Part shown: piece by piece, positions 19,994 to 28,885 of the stretch
How positions within the stretch are numbered: position 1 is the stretch's first letter
Layout of the letters: every line of letters starts with the position of its first letter
NCBI GenBank assembly: GCA_038207335.1
Contig: JBBQZX010000029.1
Coordinates: 14,861-78,860, forward strand
DNA: 64,000 nucleotides
Source of the DNA: Chthoniobacterales bacterium
Lineage (GTDB): Bacteria; Verrucomicrobiota; Verrucomicrobiia; Chthoniobacterales; Chthoniobacteraceae
Direction: 5' to 3'
The notes under the pieces: model-generated
Database searches by the model: none
What the model was told of the DNA's origin: nothing
What the model saw: the letters and a program-made list of their open reading frames with translations, nothing else
Program-made: the position numbers and the translations under genes

Positions 19994-21427
19994 ATGAAAA
20001 TCGTCATGGCAGGCAGTGAAATGAAGCCCTTTGCGCGCACCGGCGGACTCGGCGACGTGCTTGATGCGCTGCCGGCGGAACTCGTGCGGCGCGGGCATGA
20101 GGTGAGCGTCGTGCTCCCGTGCTACCGCGGCTTGCGCGACGATCCGCGCCTCGGCGTGAAATCGACGGGGGTCCAGATCACGGTGCAGGTCGGCGCGAAG
20201 CGGCTCGATGCGGAGATCCTCGCAGGCGAAGCGCCGAACGGCGTGCAGGCTTTCCTCGTACGTCGGGATGAATATTTCGACCGCTCGGGGCTCTACGGTT
20301 CGGATGGGCGGGACTACGAGGACAACGCGGAACGATTCATTTACTTTTCAAAAGCCGTGATGGAGCTGGCGAGGCGGGTGACTCCGCCGCCGGAAATTTT
20401 GCATCTGCACGACTGGCAGACCGCGCTGGTTCCGGTGCTGGTGAAAGAGCGCGCACTTCCACTGAAGACGGTTTTGACGATCCATAATCTCGCGTATCAG
20501 GGCGCGTTTTGGGGGCTCGATTTCGGGCTCACGAATCTGCCGGGCGACTACTTCACGGAGCGCGGAGTCGAGTTTTACGGGAATGTGAACCTGCTCAAGG
20601 GAGGGATGCTTTTCGCCGATCAGGTCACGACGGTGAGCGAGCGGTATGCGCGCGAAATCCAGACGCCGGAATATGGCGCGGGGCTTGATGACGTGGTGCG
20701 GCAGTGCCGCGGAAAGCTGACGGGAATCATGAATGGCGAGGACGGCGATGCGTGGAATCCGGCGACCGACAAGGCGATCGCGAAGACCTACACGTCGAAA
20801 AATCTCGCCGGGAAAGCGGCTTGCCGCGCCGCGCTGCTGAAGGAACTCGGGCTCGATGCCGCGCCCGCGGGGCCGGTCTTTGCGATGGTGTCGCGGCTCG
20901 CGGAGCAGAAGGGCTTCGACTTGCTGCTGCCGATCCTGGACCGGCTGCTCGCAGACGATGTGAGGCTCGTGATTTTGGGCGAGGGCGACACGCGCTACGA
21001 GCGCGAGCTGATGATCGCGGCGAAGCGGCACGCGGGGCGGTTCGTGTTTCTCAAGTGGCTCGACGAAGCCCTCGCGCATCGCATCGAAGCCGGCGCAGAT
21101 GCGACGCTGATTCCATCGCATTTCGAGCCGTGCGGGCTGGGCGCGATGTATTCGCTGAAATACGGGACGCTCGCGGTGGCGCGCGCCACGGGCGGGCTTT
21201 TCGAGATCGTGCAGGATTACGATCCGAGCGAGGACAGCGGCAACGGGTTCCTCTTTTTCGATTACACGGCGGAGGCTTTTTACGACGCGATCACGCGGGC
21301 GAAGCGGCTCTTCAGGGATCGCGCGGAATGGGAGAAGCTGATGCGCCGGGCGATGGCGGCGGATTTTTCGTGGAGCAAAGCCGCGGCGCGTTACGAAGCG
21401 ATCTACGAACGCGCGCTCGCGTCGTAG
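19994..21427 (+). CDS. glgA: Glycogen synthase
   Basis: PFARTGGLGDV, HLHDWQTAL, TIHNLAYQG, SRLAEQKG, PSHFEPCGL. Confidence 0.95.
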   Translation: MKIVMAGSEMKPFARTGGLGDVLDALPAELVRRGHEVSVVLPCYRGLRDDPRLGVKSTGVQITVQVGAKRLDAEILAGEAPNGVQAFLVRRDEYFDRSGLYGSDGRDYEDNAERFIYFSKAVMELARRVTPPPEILHLHDWQTALVPVLVKERALPLKTVLTIHNLAYQGAFWGLDFGLTNLPGDYFTERGVEFYGNVNLLKGGMLFADQVTTVSERYAREIQTPEYGAGLDDVVRQCRGKLTGIMNGEDGDAWNPATDKAIAKTYTSKNLAGKAACRAALLKELGLDAAPAGPVFAMVSRLAEQKGFDLLLPILDRLLADDVRLVILGEGDTRYERELMIAAKRHAGRFVFLKWLDEALAHRIEAGADATLIPSHFEPCGLGAMYSLKYGTLAVARATGGLFEIVQDYDPSEDSGNGFLFFDYTAEAFYDAITRAKRLFRDRAEWEKLMRRAMAADFSWSKAAARYEAIYERALAS

Positions 21428-22038
21428 GCGGCATTTGTGGCGCGAATTCTCGCACTGACAAAAAGGCTGTCGCGCTGGAGGAAACGCCACGGGCGGTCGG
21501 CGGCTTTGCTGATGCCAATTCGAGTGTCAGTGGCGACCTCGACGTCTCGGAGGCGTGGGCGAAATCCGACCGCGCCGCCGGAGCAAAGATCGCGCTCGTG
21601 ATCCGTGCCGCGGATGCCGAGCGCCTGTGAAAGTTTCCCCGGCCCGGAGCAGAGCGCGCCGGGTTTTTCAGTGCCGCGACGCTGCTGCATGAGCTCGATG
21701 CCGCGTGTCGGCTCGAGCGCGCGGATGAGGATGATGCCGTCTTCGGGGCCGCCTTTCACGAGGACGTTGATGAGCCAGTGGACGCCGTAGTTCAGATACA
21801 CATACGCGGTGCCGGCCGGATGCTTTTCGACGAATGTGCGCGCGGAGGGGCGGTTGAATGTGTGGCACGCTTCGTCGCCGAAGACGGCGTAGGATTCGGT
21901 CTCGACGATGATTCCGGCGCAGGCGTTCCAGACGAGTTCGCAGCCGATGAGCGCGCGGGCGCAGTCGAGTGGATGCGTCTGGAAAAAGTCGCGCCCGAGA
22001 AATCCTACAGGCCGGTCGGGTGATCGATGAAAGCCCAC
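21403..22038 (-). CDS. mpg: DNA-3-methyladenine glycosylase (MPG family); start uncertain
   Basis: IVETESY, AYVYLNYGVHW, LIRALEP, LCSGPGKL, RIGIS, PWRF. Confidence 0.9.
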   Translation of the reverse strand: MGFHRSPDRPVGFLGRDFFQTHPLDCARALIGCELVWNACAGIIVETESYAVFGDEACHTFNRPSARTFVEKHPAGTAYVYLNYGVHWLINVLVKGGPEDGIILIRALEPTRGIELMQQRRGTEKPGALCSGPGKLSQALGIRGTDHERDLCSGGAVGFRPRLRDVEVATDTRIGISKAADRPWRFLQRDSLFVSARIRATNAAYDASARS

Positions 22039-22760
22039 GGCACACGAAACCGCTTGGAAAGATGCGCCGCCAGCGCTTTCACGCCGAATGTCTCGGTCGC
22101 GTAATGGCCAGCGTAGAAAAGATTCACGCCGACTTCCTCCGCGGCGGTGAACGAGTGGTGTGGGCCTTCGCCGGTGATGAATGTATCGACGCCCTCCGCA
22201 GCCGCGCGAGCGACCTCGGCTCCCGCGCCACCGGTGACGATGCCGATGCAGCGGGTTTTCAACGGCCCGCCTGGCGCGAGATGCGGTGAGCTTTCGAGCA
22301 CGGATTCGAGCCGCGCAGCGAGGTCGGCGAGCGGCAGTGAAACGTGAAATTTCAGCCCGATCGGCGCGCCTTTTTCCATGAAGAATGGCTCGCCACCCTT
22401 GAGCCCAAGTGCCTTCGCGAGCAGCACATTATTCCCGACGACCGGATGCAAATCGAGAGGGAGGTGCGCGCTGTAGATCGCCATGTCGTGGTCGAGTGCG
22501 GTTTTGATTTTGCGAAAAGGCGCGCCGACGAGCGGCTGCACGCCGCTCCAAAAGAGACCGTGATGAACGAGCAAGAGCGTGATCCCCTGCTCCACCGCGC
22601 GCGCGATCACCGTCTCGCACGCATCGACGGCCGCACCGATGCGCGCGACCGTGCCGGTGTTTTCGACTTGCAGGCCATTCCACGCGCCGGACCAATCGGC
22701 GACTTCGTTCGTCCGCAAATAGCGGTCACAGTATTCGACGATTGCGCGCAGTTCGGCCAT
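22005..22760 (-). CDS. Nif3-like dinuclear metal-centre protein (YbgI/DUF34)
   Basis: NGLQVE, VHHGLFW, HLPLDLHP, GHYATETFGV; start MAELRA at 22760. Confidence 0.92.
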   Translation of the reverse strand: MAELRAIVEYCDRYLRTNEVADWSGAWNGLQVENTGTVARIGAAVDACETVIARAVEQGITLLLVHHGLFWSGVQPLVGAPFRKIKTALDHDMAIYSAHLPLDLHPVVGNNVLLAKALGLKGGEPFFMEKGAPIGLKFHVSLPLADLAARLESVLESSPHLAPGGPLKTRCIGIVTGGAGAEVARAAAEGVDTFITGEGPHHSFTAAEEVGVNLFYAGHYATETFGVKALAAHLSKRFRVPWAFIDHPTGL

Positions 22761-22768
22761 CGGACGCG

Positions 22769-23311
22769 CTAGAATTTCGGGACGTTCGCGCCCGGCGCTT
22801 TGCTCATCTTTTTCTCGTAGGTCGCGACGGCGGGATTTTCGAGGACGAGAAAGATGTTGCCCGTTTTGAGCGCGGCGGTGGCGTGGTCGCTGCGCTCCCA
22901 CGCTTTCCCCGCGATCGCTCCGGCGATTGCTGCGCCGATGTCTTTTCCGATGTCGCCGGTGCGCGCGGGTTTTTGGTCGCGCCATTTCAGCTTGTTGCTT
23001 TCGGCATCGAGGATCGTCTTCGCCTGCGCATCGGTGATTTGCTTGATCGTGCCGCCTTCGGGAATTTGCGCGTACTCGATCCGGACGGCAGCGCCATTCA
23101 GGAAGGCGCATCGAATTCGCCAACCTTGAAAGTTGTAGGCGAGGTCTTTGACGCCCGCGACGAGCGGCTTTTCATCGTCGCGGATGAGCTCCGGAGCGGG
23201 CGCGCCATATCGCGCCTGGCTCTGCGCTTCCGTCTCGCCGAGGCGGGCGTGGGAGGATGCGGGGATGAGAAGAAGCGCGGCGGCCGCGATGATCGGGAGG
23301 TGTCTTTTCAT
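22769..23311 (-). CDS. Hypothetical secreted protein
   Basis: Signal peptide MKRHLPIIAAAALLLIPASSHA followed by RLGETEAQ; co-oriented with its neighbours. Confidence 0.7.
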   Translation of the reverse strand: MKRHLPIIAAAALLLIPASSHARLGETEAQSQARYGAPAPELIRDDEKPLVAGVKDLAYNFQGWRIRCAFLNGAAVRIEYAQIPEGGTIKQITDAQAKTILDAESNKLKWRDQKPARTGDIGKDIGAAIAGAIAGKAWERSDHATAALKTGNIFLVLENPAVATYEKKMSKAPGANVPKF

Positions 23312-23352
23312 GAGGGTTTGCAGGTAAAGACGGGCGTGGCGCTCGAAAGGTT

Positions 23353-23700
23353 TCAGTGAACGAGGCCGTTGGCAAAAAGGACCGCGCCGCACAGCGCGGA
23401 AAGGACGCCAAGCGTCATTGCCGTTTTGGCGTATCCGGCACCCCGGATTGGACTCCACGATGCGGTGATGCGCTTCATCGCCGTCGAGCCGAGCAACACG
23501 CCGACGATCGGCAAGCCGACGAGTACCACGCCGACCAAAGTGGCGGTCGCGAAGTAAGGCAGCGCCGAAGTGTATCGATGGATCGTGGTGCCCGGATGGT
23601 CTGCCAATTGCAGGAGTGGCAGCGACGTCAGCGGAGTCGTAAGAACGCTCCAAAGCAGCGCTGCGACAGCGGTTTTGGAGCGTGGGCGGAAGCGGTTCAA
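23353..23700 (-). CDS. Hypothetical membrane protein
   Basis: 115-aa ORF with three hydrophobic segments, TTG start, fills the gap in a minus-strand gene run. Confidence 0.5.
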   Translation of the reverse strand: MNRFRPRSKTAVAALLWSVLTTPLTSLPLLQLADHPGTTIHRYTSALPYFATATLVGVVLVGLPIVGVLLGSTAMKRITASWSPIRGAGYAKTAMTLGVLSALCGAVLFANGLVH

Positions 23701-23769
23701 AGGTGAAAGTCAGGTTTGCGTGCGAGCAGTCGCCGCGGTCGCGTTTTCAAAAATAAAAGCGCGGGCGGG

Positions 23770-24789
23770 TCACCACTGGATGACCGAGCTCGCCCAAGTG
23801 AGGCCGCCACCAAAGACGACGAGCAACACGTATTCACCGACTTGCATCCGGCCCGTGCGGTTCGCCTCGTCGAGCGCGATGGCGACTGCGGCGGCGCTCG
23901 TGTTTCCGAAGCGGTCGAGATTCACCATGAAGCGGTCGAGCGGCACGGACATGCGGTCGGCGATGGCTTCGATGATCCGCAGATTTGCCTGGTGCGGGAT
24001 GATACACGCGATGTCCTCGTATTTCAGACCGGACTGTTCGAGCACGGTATTCGCAGCGGTGAGCATCGCGTTCACGGCCTGCTTATACGTCTCCTTGCCG
24101 TTCATTTTGATCGTGTTCATCCGGTCGCCTGCATTCTCCGCAGTGACCGGAAAACGGCATCCTCCGCCGGGGATGTAAAGGATGTCCGCGAGGTCGCCAT
24201 TGCTTCCCATATTTGTGGCGATGACGCCGTGACCGCCCCGCCGATGCTGTAAAATAGCGGCGCCGGCGCCATCGCCGAAAAGCACGCAGGTGTTGCGATC
24301 TGTCCAATCGACGATGGAGGAGAGCTTATCCGCGCCGATGACGAGGATGGTGTTGTAGGTCTGCAAGGTGATGAATTGCTGCGCGATTTCGAGCGCGTAG
24401 AGAAAGCCGGAACAGGCCGCGCTCACGTCGAAACACGCGGCTTTTTTTGCACCGATTTTCGCCTGCACGAAACACGCGGTGCTCGGAAAAAACATATCGG
24501 GTGTGACGGTCGCAACGAGGATCAGGTCGATGTCGTCTGCAGTGATTCCCGCGTTCTCCATCGCGGCGAGCGCCGCCTTTGCTGCGAGGTCGCTCGTATG
24601 CTCGCCCTCGGCGGCGATGCGACGCTCTCGAATACCGGTGCGCGAAGTGATCCAGTCGTCGCTGGTCTCGACCAGTTTCTCGAGCTCGGCATTTGTGAGG
24701 ATGCGCTCGGGTAGGTAGCTGCCGGTCCCGATGATCGAGACGGTGCGTTTAGGAATGTGATGCCGCGTGCGCGGGTGAGGTCTTTTCAT
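23770..24789 (-). CDS. fabH: Beta-ketoacyl-ACP synthase III
   Basis: DVSAACSGF, LFGDGAGA, IPHQANLRII, GNTSAA, FGGGLTW. Confidence 0.96.
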   Translation of the reverse strand: MKRPHPRTRHHIPKRTVSIIGTGSYLPERILTNAELEKLVETSDDWITSRTGIRERRIAAEGEHTSDLAAKAALAAMENAGITADDIDLILVATVTPDMFFPSTACFVQAKIGAKKAACFDVSAACSGFLYALEIAQQFITLQTYNTILVIGADKLSSIVDWTDRNTCVLFGDGAGAAILQHRRGGHGVIATNMGSNGDLADILYIPGGGCRFPVTAENAGDRMNTIKMNGKETYKQAVNAMLTAANTVLEQSGLKYEDIACIIPHQANLRIIEAIADRMSVPLDRFMVNLDRFGNTSAAAVAIALDEANRTGRMQVGEYVLLVVFGGGLTWASSVIQW

Positions 24790-25786
24790 GAAAGCGCTGC
24801 ACTTCTTCGATGATGTGGGGATTGAGGTCGTGGCGGACGGTCTGGCACGCCATGCGGATCGCATTTTTGATCGCGAACGCCGAGGAGCCTCCGTGCGCGA
24901 TGATCGTCACTCCGTGCAGCCCGAGCAATGGCATCCCGCCGTATTCGTCGGCATTCGTGACTCGATGCACTGCGCGGAAAGCGGGCTTGCAAAGCATCGC
25001 GCCGGCTTTGCGAATCGGGTTTGCGAGCAGCTCGCGTTTGAGCAGGCGGAAGATGCTTTTGGCCAGCGCCTCACTCGTTTTTAAAAGCACGTTTCCGGTG
25101 AAGCCGTCAGTCACGACGACATCGACCGCGCCGCCGAAGATGTCGTGGCCCTCGACATTTCCGTGAAAATTCAGGCCGCTCTGGCGCAGAAGCATGTGCG
25201 CTTCGAGCGTCAGCTCGTTGCCCTTGAATTGCTCGCTGCCGTTCGAGATCAACCCCGCGCGCGGGTTCTTCCGCCCCAGCACATGCTCGCAGTATGCAAG
25301 CGCCATGATCGCGTTGTCCTCGATCTGGCCCGGCGTCGGGTCGGGATTCGCGCCCGCGTCGCAGAGGACGAAATACGATCCCGTCTCGGTCGGCATGTGC
25401 GCCGCGATGGCGGGCCGCTCGATGCCGGGGAGCGTGCGCAATTTGATCGTGCTCGCGGTCACCGCCGCGCCCGTGTGTCCCGCGCTCACGATCGCATCCG
25501 CGTCGCCGCTTTTCACCAAATCGACCGCCCGGCTGACGGACGAATCCTTCTTCTTTCGCACCGCATCGAGCCCGCTCTCGTGCATCTCGATGACCTGCGT
25601 CGAGTGGACGATCTCCACGCGCCGGTCGTTGCAGCCGATGCGCTTCAGCTCGCCCTCCAGTCGCGGCGTGTCGCCGGTCAGGATCAGCTTCGATATTTCC
25701 GCGTAATCGCGCAGCGCAAGTGCCGCGCCTTCGACGAGTTTTGCCGGGCCCTCGTCGTGGCCCATCGCATCGAGCGCGATTTTCAT
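24749..25786 (-). CDS. plsX: Phosphate acyltransferase PlsX
   Basis: MKIALDAMGHD, SAGHTGA, DAGAN, DGFTGNVLLKTSE. Confidence 0.96.
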   Translation of the reverse strand: MKIALDAMGHDEGPAKLVEGAALALRDYAEISKLILTGDTPRLEGELKRIGCNDRRVEIVHSTQVIEMHESGLDAVRKKKDSSVSRAVDLVKSGDADAIVSAGHTGAAVTASTIKLRTLPGIERPAIAAHMPTETGSYFVLCDAGANPDPTPGQIEDNAIMALAYCEHVLGRKNPRAGLISNGSEQFKGNELTLEAHMLLRQSGLNFHGNVEGHDIFGGAVDVVVTDGFTGNVLLKTSEALAKSIFRLLKRELLANPIRKAGAMLCKPAFRAVHRVTNADEYGGMPLLGLHGVTIIAHGGSSAFAIKNAIRMACQTVRHDLNPHIIEEVQRFHEKTSPAHAASHS

Positions 25787-25888
25787 CGGCGCATTCCGGT
25801 GGCGTGCAAAGCGGACTTCAAGCGCAAAAAAAATTCAGCCGCCACGCGCGGGGCGGGGCGGCTGAAAATAAACCGTCGGTCGGAAATT

Positions 25889-26071
25889 TTAAGCGCCGGC
25901 GATCGTAATCACCTGCCGGCCCTTGTAGTAGCCGCACGAACGGCACGCGGTGTGCGAGATCGTGCTGCTGCCGCATTGGCCGCATTTTGCGAGGACGGCG
26001 GCGTGCCAGCGGTTCGCGGCCTTGCGCGTGCGCAGGCGCATCTTTGAAGTTTTGCGTTTTGGAACTCCCAT
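25889..26071 (-). CDS. rpmF: 50S ribosomal protein L32
   Basis: MGVPKRKTSK, CxxC...HxxCxxCGYYKG; yceD-rpmF-plsX-fabH synteny. Confidence 0.96.
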   Translation of the reverse strand: MGVPKRKTSKMRLRTRKAANRWHAAVLAKCGQCGSSTISHTACRSCGYYKGRQVITIAGA

Positions 26072-26072
26072 A

Positions 26073-26537
26073 TCAGTTGCTTTTTTTCAGGTTTAATTGG
26101 TCGAGGGCTCCCCAGACTTCGCGCGCGTCGGAGCTGGTTTCGCTCTCGTCGCTTTGCAGGATCGGTGGGCCTTTGCAGTCCTTTTGCCCGTTCCAATCGC
26201 AGTGCGGATGGGCCGGAAGGGCGAGTAAGATGTCTTCCCTCGCCATCGGTGTCAAGTCCACCAATTCAGCGCCTGTCAGCTCCATCTGGCAGGCGAAATC
26301 ATCGATCTGCAGCGGGTATTCAAACGCCTCCAGACAGGCGACGCATTTCATGTCGAGATCGACCGCCAGCATCCCGGTGGCGAAAAGTCCGCCGCCGCTG
26401 AGACCGACATCCAGCGAGTAGCTGACCGGGCCTGCGGGCTCGACGAATTCCTGCGCCTTTAGGCCGAGAAAATCGGCGCTTTCCTCACCCTCGAAGTGCT
26501 TTCCCTCGTGAGGGATTTGATTGATGTGAACCTTCAT
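26073..26537 (-). CDS. yceD: YceD/DUF177 family protein
   Basis: CVACL, REDILLALP, C-terminal WGALDQL; position upstream of rpmF. Confidence 0.88.
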   Translation of the reverse strand: MKVHINQIPHEGKHFEGEESADFLGLKAQEFVEPAGPVSYSLDVGLSGGGLFATGMLAVDLDMKCVACLEAFEYPLQIDDFACQMELTGAELVDLTPMAREDILLALPAHPHCDWNGQKDCKGPPILQSDESETSSDAREVWGALDQLNLKKSN

Positions 26538-26638
26538 GTCTGTCTCCGGTTTGCGGTTTTTGAAAAGTGGACCTCCGCTCGGAAATCCACGAGCCCTCAG
26601 CATACTCGGCGGCCGGAATTTTTCAGCCGAAAAACTTT

Positions 26639-27115
26639 TTACGAGGCGAGTCTCCGCAGCGCAGTGACCGCGGCGGCGGGGACGAATGCCGCGACATCGC
26701 CGCCGAGGCGCGCGATCTCTTTCACGATGCGCGAGCTGAGGTAGCTGTATTCCTCTTTCGGCGTGAGGAAGATGGTTTCGATCGTCGGGTCGAGCTTCCG
26801 GTTCATCAGAGCCATTTGAAATTCGAACTCAAAATCCGACACCGCGCGCAATCCGCGAATGACCGCGCTGGCCTGCTGCTCGCGCGCAAATTCCACGAGC
26901 AATCCGGTGAAACTCACGACTCGGACATTCGGTGTCTGACCCACGGCGGCGTCGAGCAGCGCGACGCGCTCTTCCGGCGTGAAGAGGCTTTTCTTTTGGT
27001 CGTTGAAAGCGACGGCGACGATGACCTCGTCGAAAAGTTTCACCGCACGGTTGATCACGTCGAGGTGGCCATTCGTGACGGGGTCGAAGCTGCCGGGATA
27101 GATCGCGCGTCTCAC
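26639..27115 (-). CDS. coaD: Pantetheine-phosphate adenylyltransferase
   Basis: AIYPGSFDPVTNGHLD, IRGLRAVSDFEFE. Confidence 0.97.
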   Translation of the reverse strand: MRRAIYPGSFDPVTNGHLDVINRAVKLFDEVIVAVAFNDQKKSLFTPEERVALLDAAVGQTPNVRVVSFTGLLVEFAREQQASAVIRGLRAVSDFEFEFQMALMNRKLDPTIETIFLTPKEEYSYLSSRIVKEIARLGGDVAAFVPAAAVTALRRLAS

Positions 27116-27236
27116 GCCAAACAGAGTGGCCGAGCAGGAGCGTGCGAGGGAAGCGAGATGTGCGAAGGGGGAACGATGGAACTCCGCGCTCCTTGCCTCA
27201 CCACTCCGCGTGGATTAAACATCACGCCCATTTTTT

Positions 27237-28811
27237 ATGAGCACTCCGCAAGTCACGATCTACGACACAACCCTCCGCGATGGCACGCAGGGGACGGGGA
27301 TTTCGTTCAGTGTGGCGGATAAAATCCGGGTCGCGCAAAAGCTCGACGCGTTCGGAGTGCATTACATCGAGGGCGGTTTTCCCGGCTCGAATCCGAAGGA
27401 TGCCGAGTTTTTCGCGCAGGCAAAAAAGATGGTCTGGAAGAATGCGAAGATCACCTCATTTGGTGCCACGCGCCGCGGCAGCCTCGCGGTCGAAAATGAC
27501 CCGCAAGTAAAGCTGCTGCTCGATGCGGAGACGCCCGCAGTGACGATCGTCGGCAAGACCGCGCCGCTTCACGTCACGCAGGTTTTCCAGGTCACGCTCG
27601 AGGAGAATGTCGCGATGATTTCCGACACCGTCGCTTTTCTCAAAAAGCACGGGCGCGAGGTGCTCTACGATGCCGAGCATTTTTTCGACACGTTCAAAAG
27701 CGACCGCGAATACGCGATCCGCACGATCACCGCGGCGCGCGATGCGGGCGCGGACATGATCGTGCTGTGCGACACGAATGGCGGCGTGATGCCCGATGAA
27801 GTCGAGGCGATCACGCGCGAAGTCGTGGGCATGATCGGCATTGGCGTCGGCATCCACACGCACAACGACTCGGGCGTCGGCGTCGCGAATGCACTCGCCG
27901 GCGTGCGCGCGGGCGCGGTCCAAGTGCAGGGTACGATCAACGGCTACGGCGAGCGCGTGGGGAACTGCAACCTCGTCACCATCATGCCGAATCTGCAGCT
28001 CAAGCTCGGCATCCACGTCGTCCCCGACCTCACGAAATTGCGCGACCTTTCGCTCTTCATCGACGAACTCGCCAACGTGCCTCACGACATCCGCGCGCCC
28101 TTCGTCGGCGGTGCCGCGTTCACGCACAAGGGCGGGCAGCACGTCCACGCAGTGCAGAAATTTGCGAGCAGCTACGAGCACATCGACCCCGAGACGGTAG
28201 GCAACCAGCGCGTCACGGTCGTCTCGGACATGTCGGGCCAGAGCAACATCCTCGTGAAGGCGCGGGAGCTTGGATTTTCGCTTGAAAAAGGCGCGCCGGA
28301 AGTCGCGAAAATCCTCGCCGAAGTGAAGCGGCTCGAGAACGAAGGGTATGAATTCGAGGCGGCGGAAGGATCGCTCCATTTGCTTATCCGGCGCCTCCTC
28401 GAGCAGCACGTCCCGCTTTTCACGACTCGCGAATATCACTGCTCATTCCGCCGCTCCGGCGAGGCGCACTGGAACAAATGCGAGGCGACCGTGCAGCTCT
28501 GCGTCGGCGAGGAAAAGGAATACACCGTCGCGGCAGGCGACGGTCCGGTGAATGCCCTCGATGCCGCGCTGCGCAAGGCGCTCCGGCCGTTTTACCCCGC
28601 GATCGATTCCATCATCCTCGAGGATTTCAAGGTGCGGATCATCAACGGCCAGCACGGCACCGCCGCCCGCACCCGCGTGCTCATTACCTCCACCGACGGC
28701 GACGACACATGGGGCACCATCGGGGTCTCCGACAACATCATAGAGGCGAGTTGGCTCGCGCTCGTGGACAGCTTCGATTACAAGCTGCGCCGCAGCCGAG
28801 CCGAGGCCTAA
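27237..28811 (+). CDS. cimA: Citramalate synthase (LeuA-like, bacterial CimA type)
   Basis: YDTTLRDGTQ, YIEGGFPGSNPKD, YDAEHFFD, HTHNDSG, GYEFEAAEGS, GDGPVNALD. Confidence 0.9.
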   Translation: MSTPQVTIYDTTLRDGTQGTGISFSVADKIRVAQKLDAFGVHYIEGGFPGSNPKDAEFFAQAKKMVWKNAKITSFGATRRGSLAVENDPQVKLLLDAETPAVTIVGKTAPLHVTQVFQVTLEENVAMISDTVAFLKKHGREVLYDAEHFFDTFKSDREYAIRTITAARDAGADMIVLCDTNGGVMPDEVEAITREVVGMIGIGVGIHTHNDSGVGVANALAGVRAGAVQVQGTINGYGERVGNCNLVTIMPNLQLKLGIHVVPDLTKLRDLSLFIDELANVPHDIRAPFVGGAAFTHKGGQHVHAVQKFASSYEHIDPETVGNQRVTVVSDMSGQSNILVKARELGFSLEKGAPEVAKILAEVKRLENEGYEFEAAEGSLHLLIRRLLEQHVPLFTTREYHCSFRRSGEAHWNKCEATVQLCVGEEKEYTVAAGDGPVNALDAALRKALRPFYPAIDSIILEDFKVRIINGQHGTAARTRVLITSTDGDDTWGTIGVSDNIIEASWLALVDSFDYKLRRSRAEA

Positions 28812-28831
28812 CGCTCGCCCAGCGAGCACGA

Positions 28832-28868
28832 GAAGGGGCGGACCACCACTCGCGGCCCGCCCCTTTTC
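28832..28868. terminator. Bidirectional terminator-like hairpin
   Basis: GAAGGGGCGG...CCGCCCCTTTTC between convergent genes. Confidence 0.6.
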
Positions 28869-28885
28869 ACCGCCGACGGTTCCGC

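Noticed and set aside
20020..20060. GlgA KTGGL motif reading RTGGL as inactivation
   Set aside because: Conservative change with all other catalytic motifs intact.
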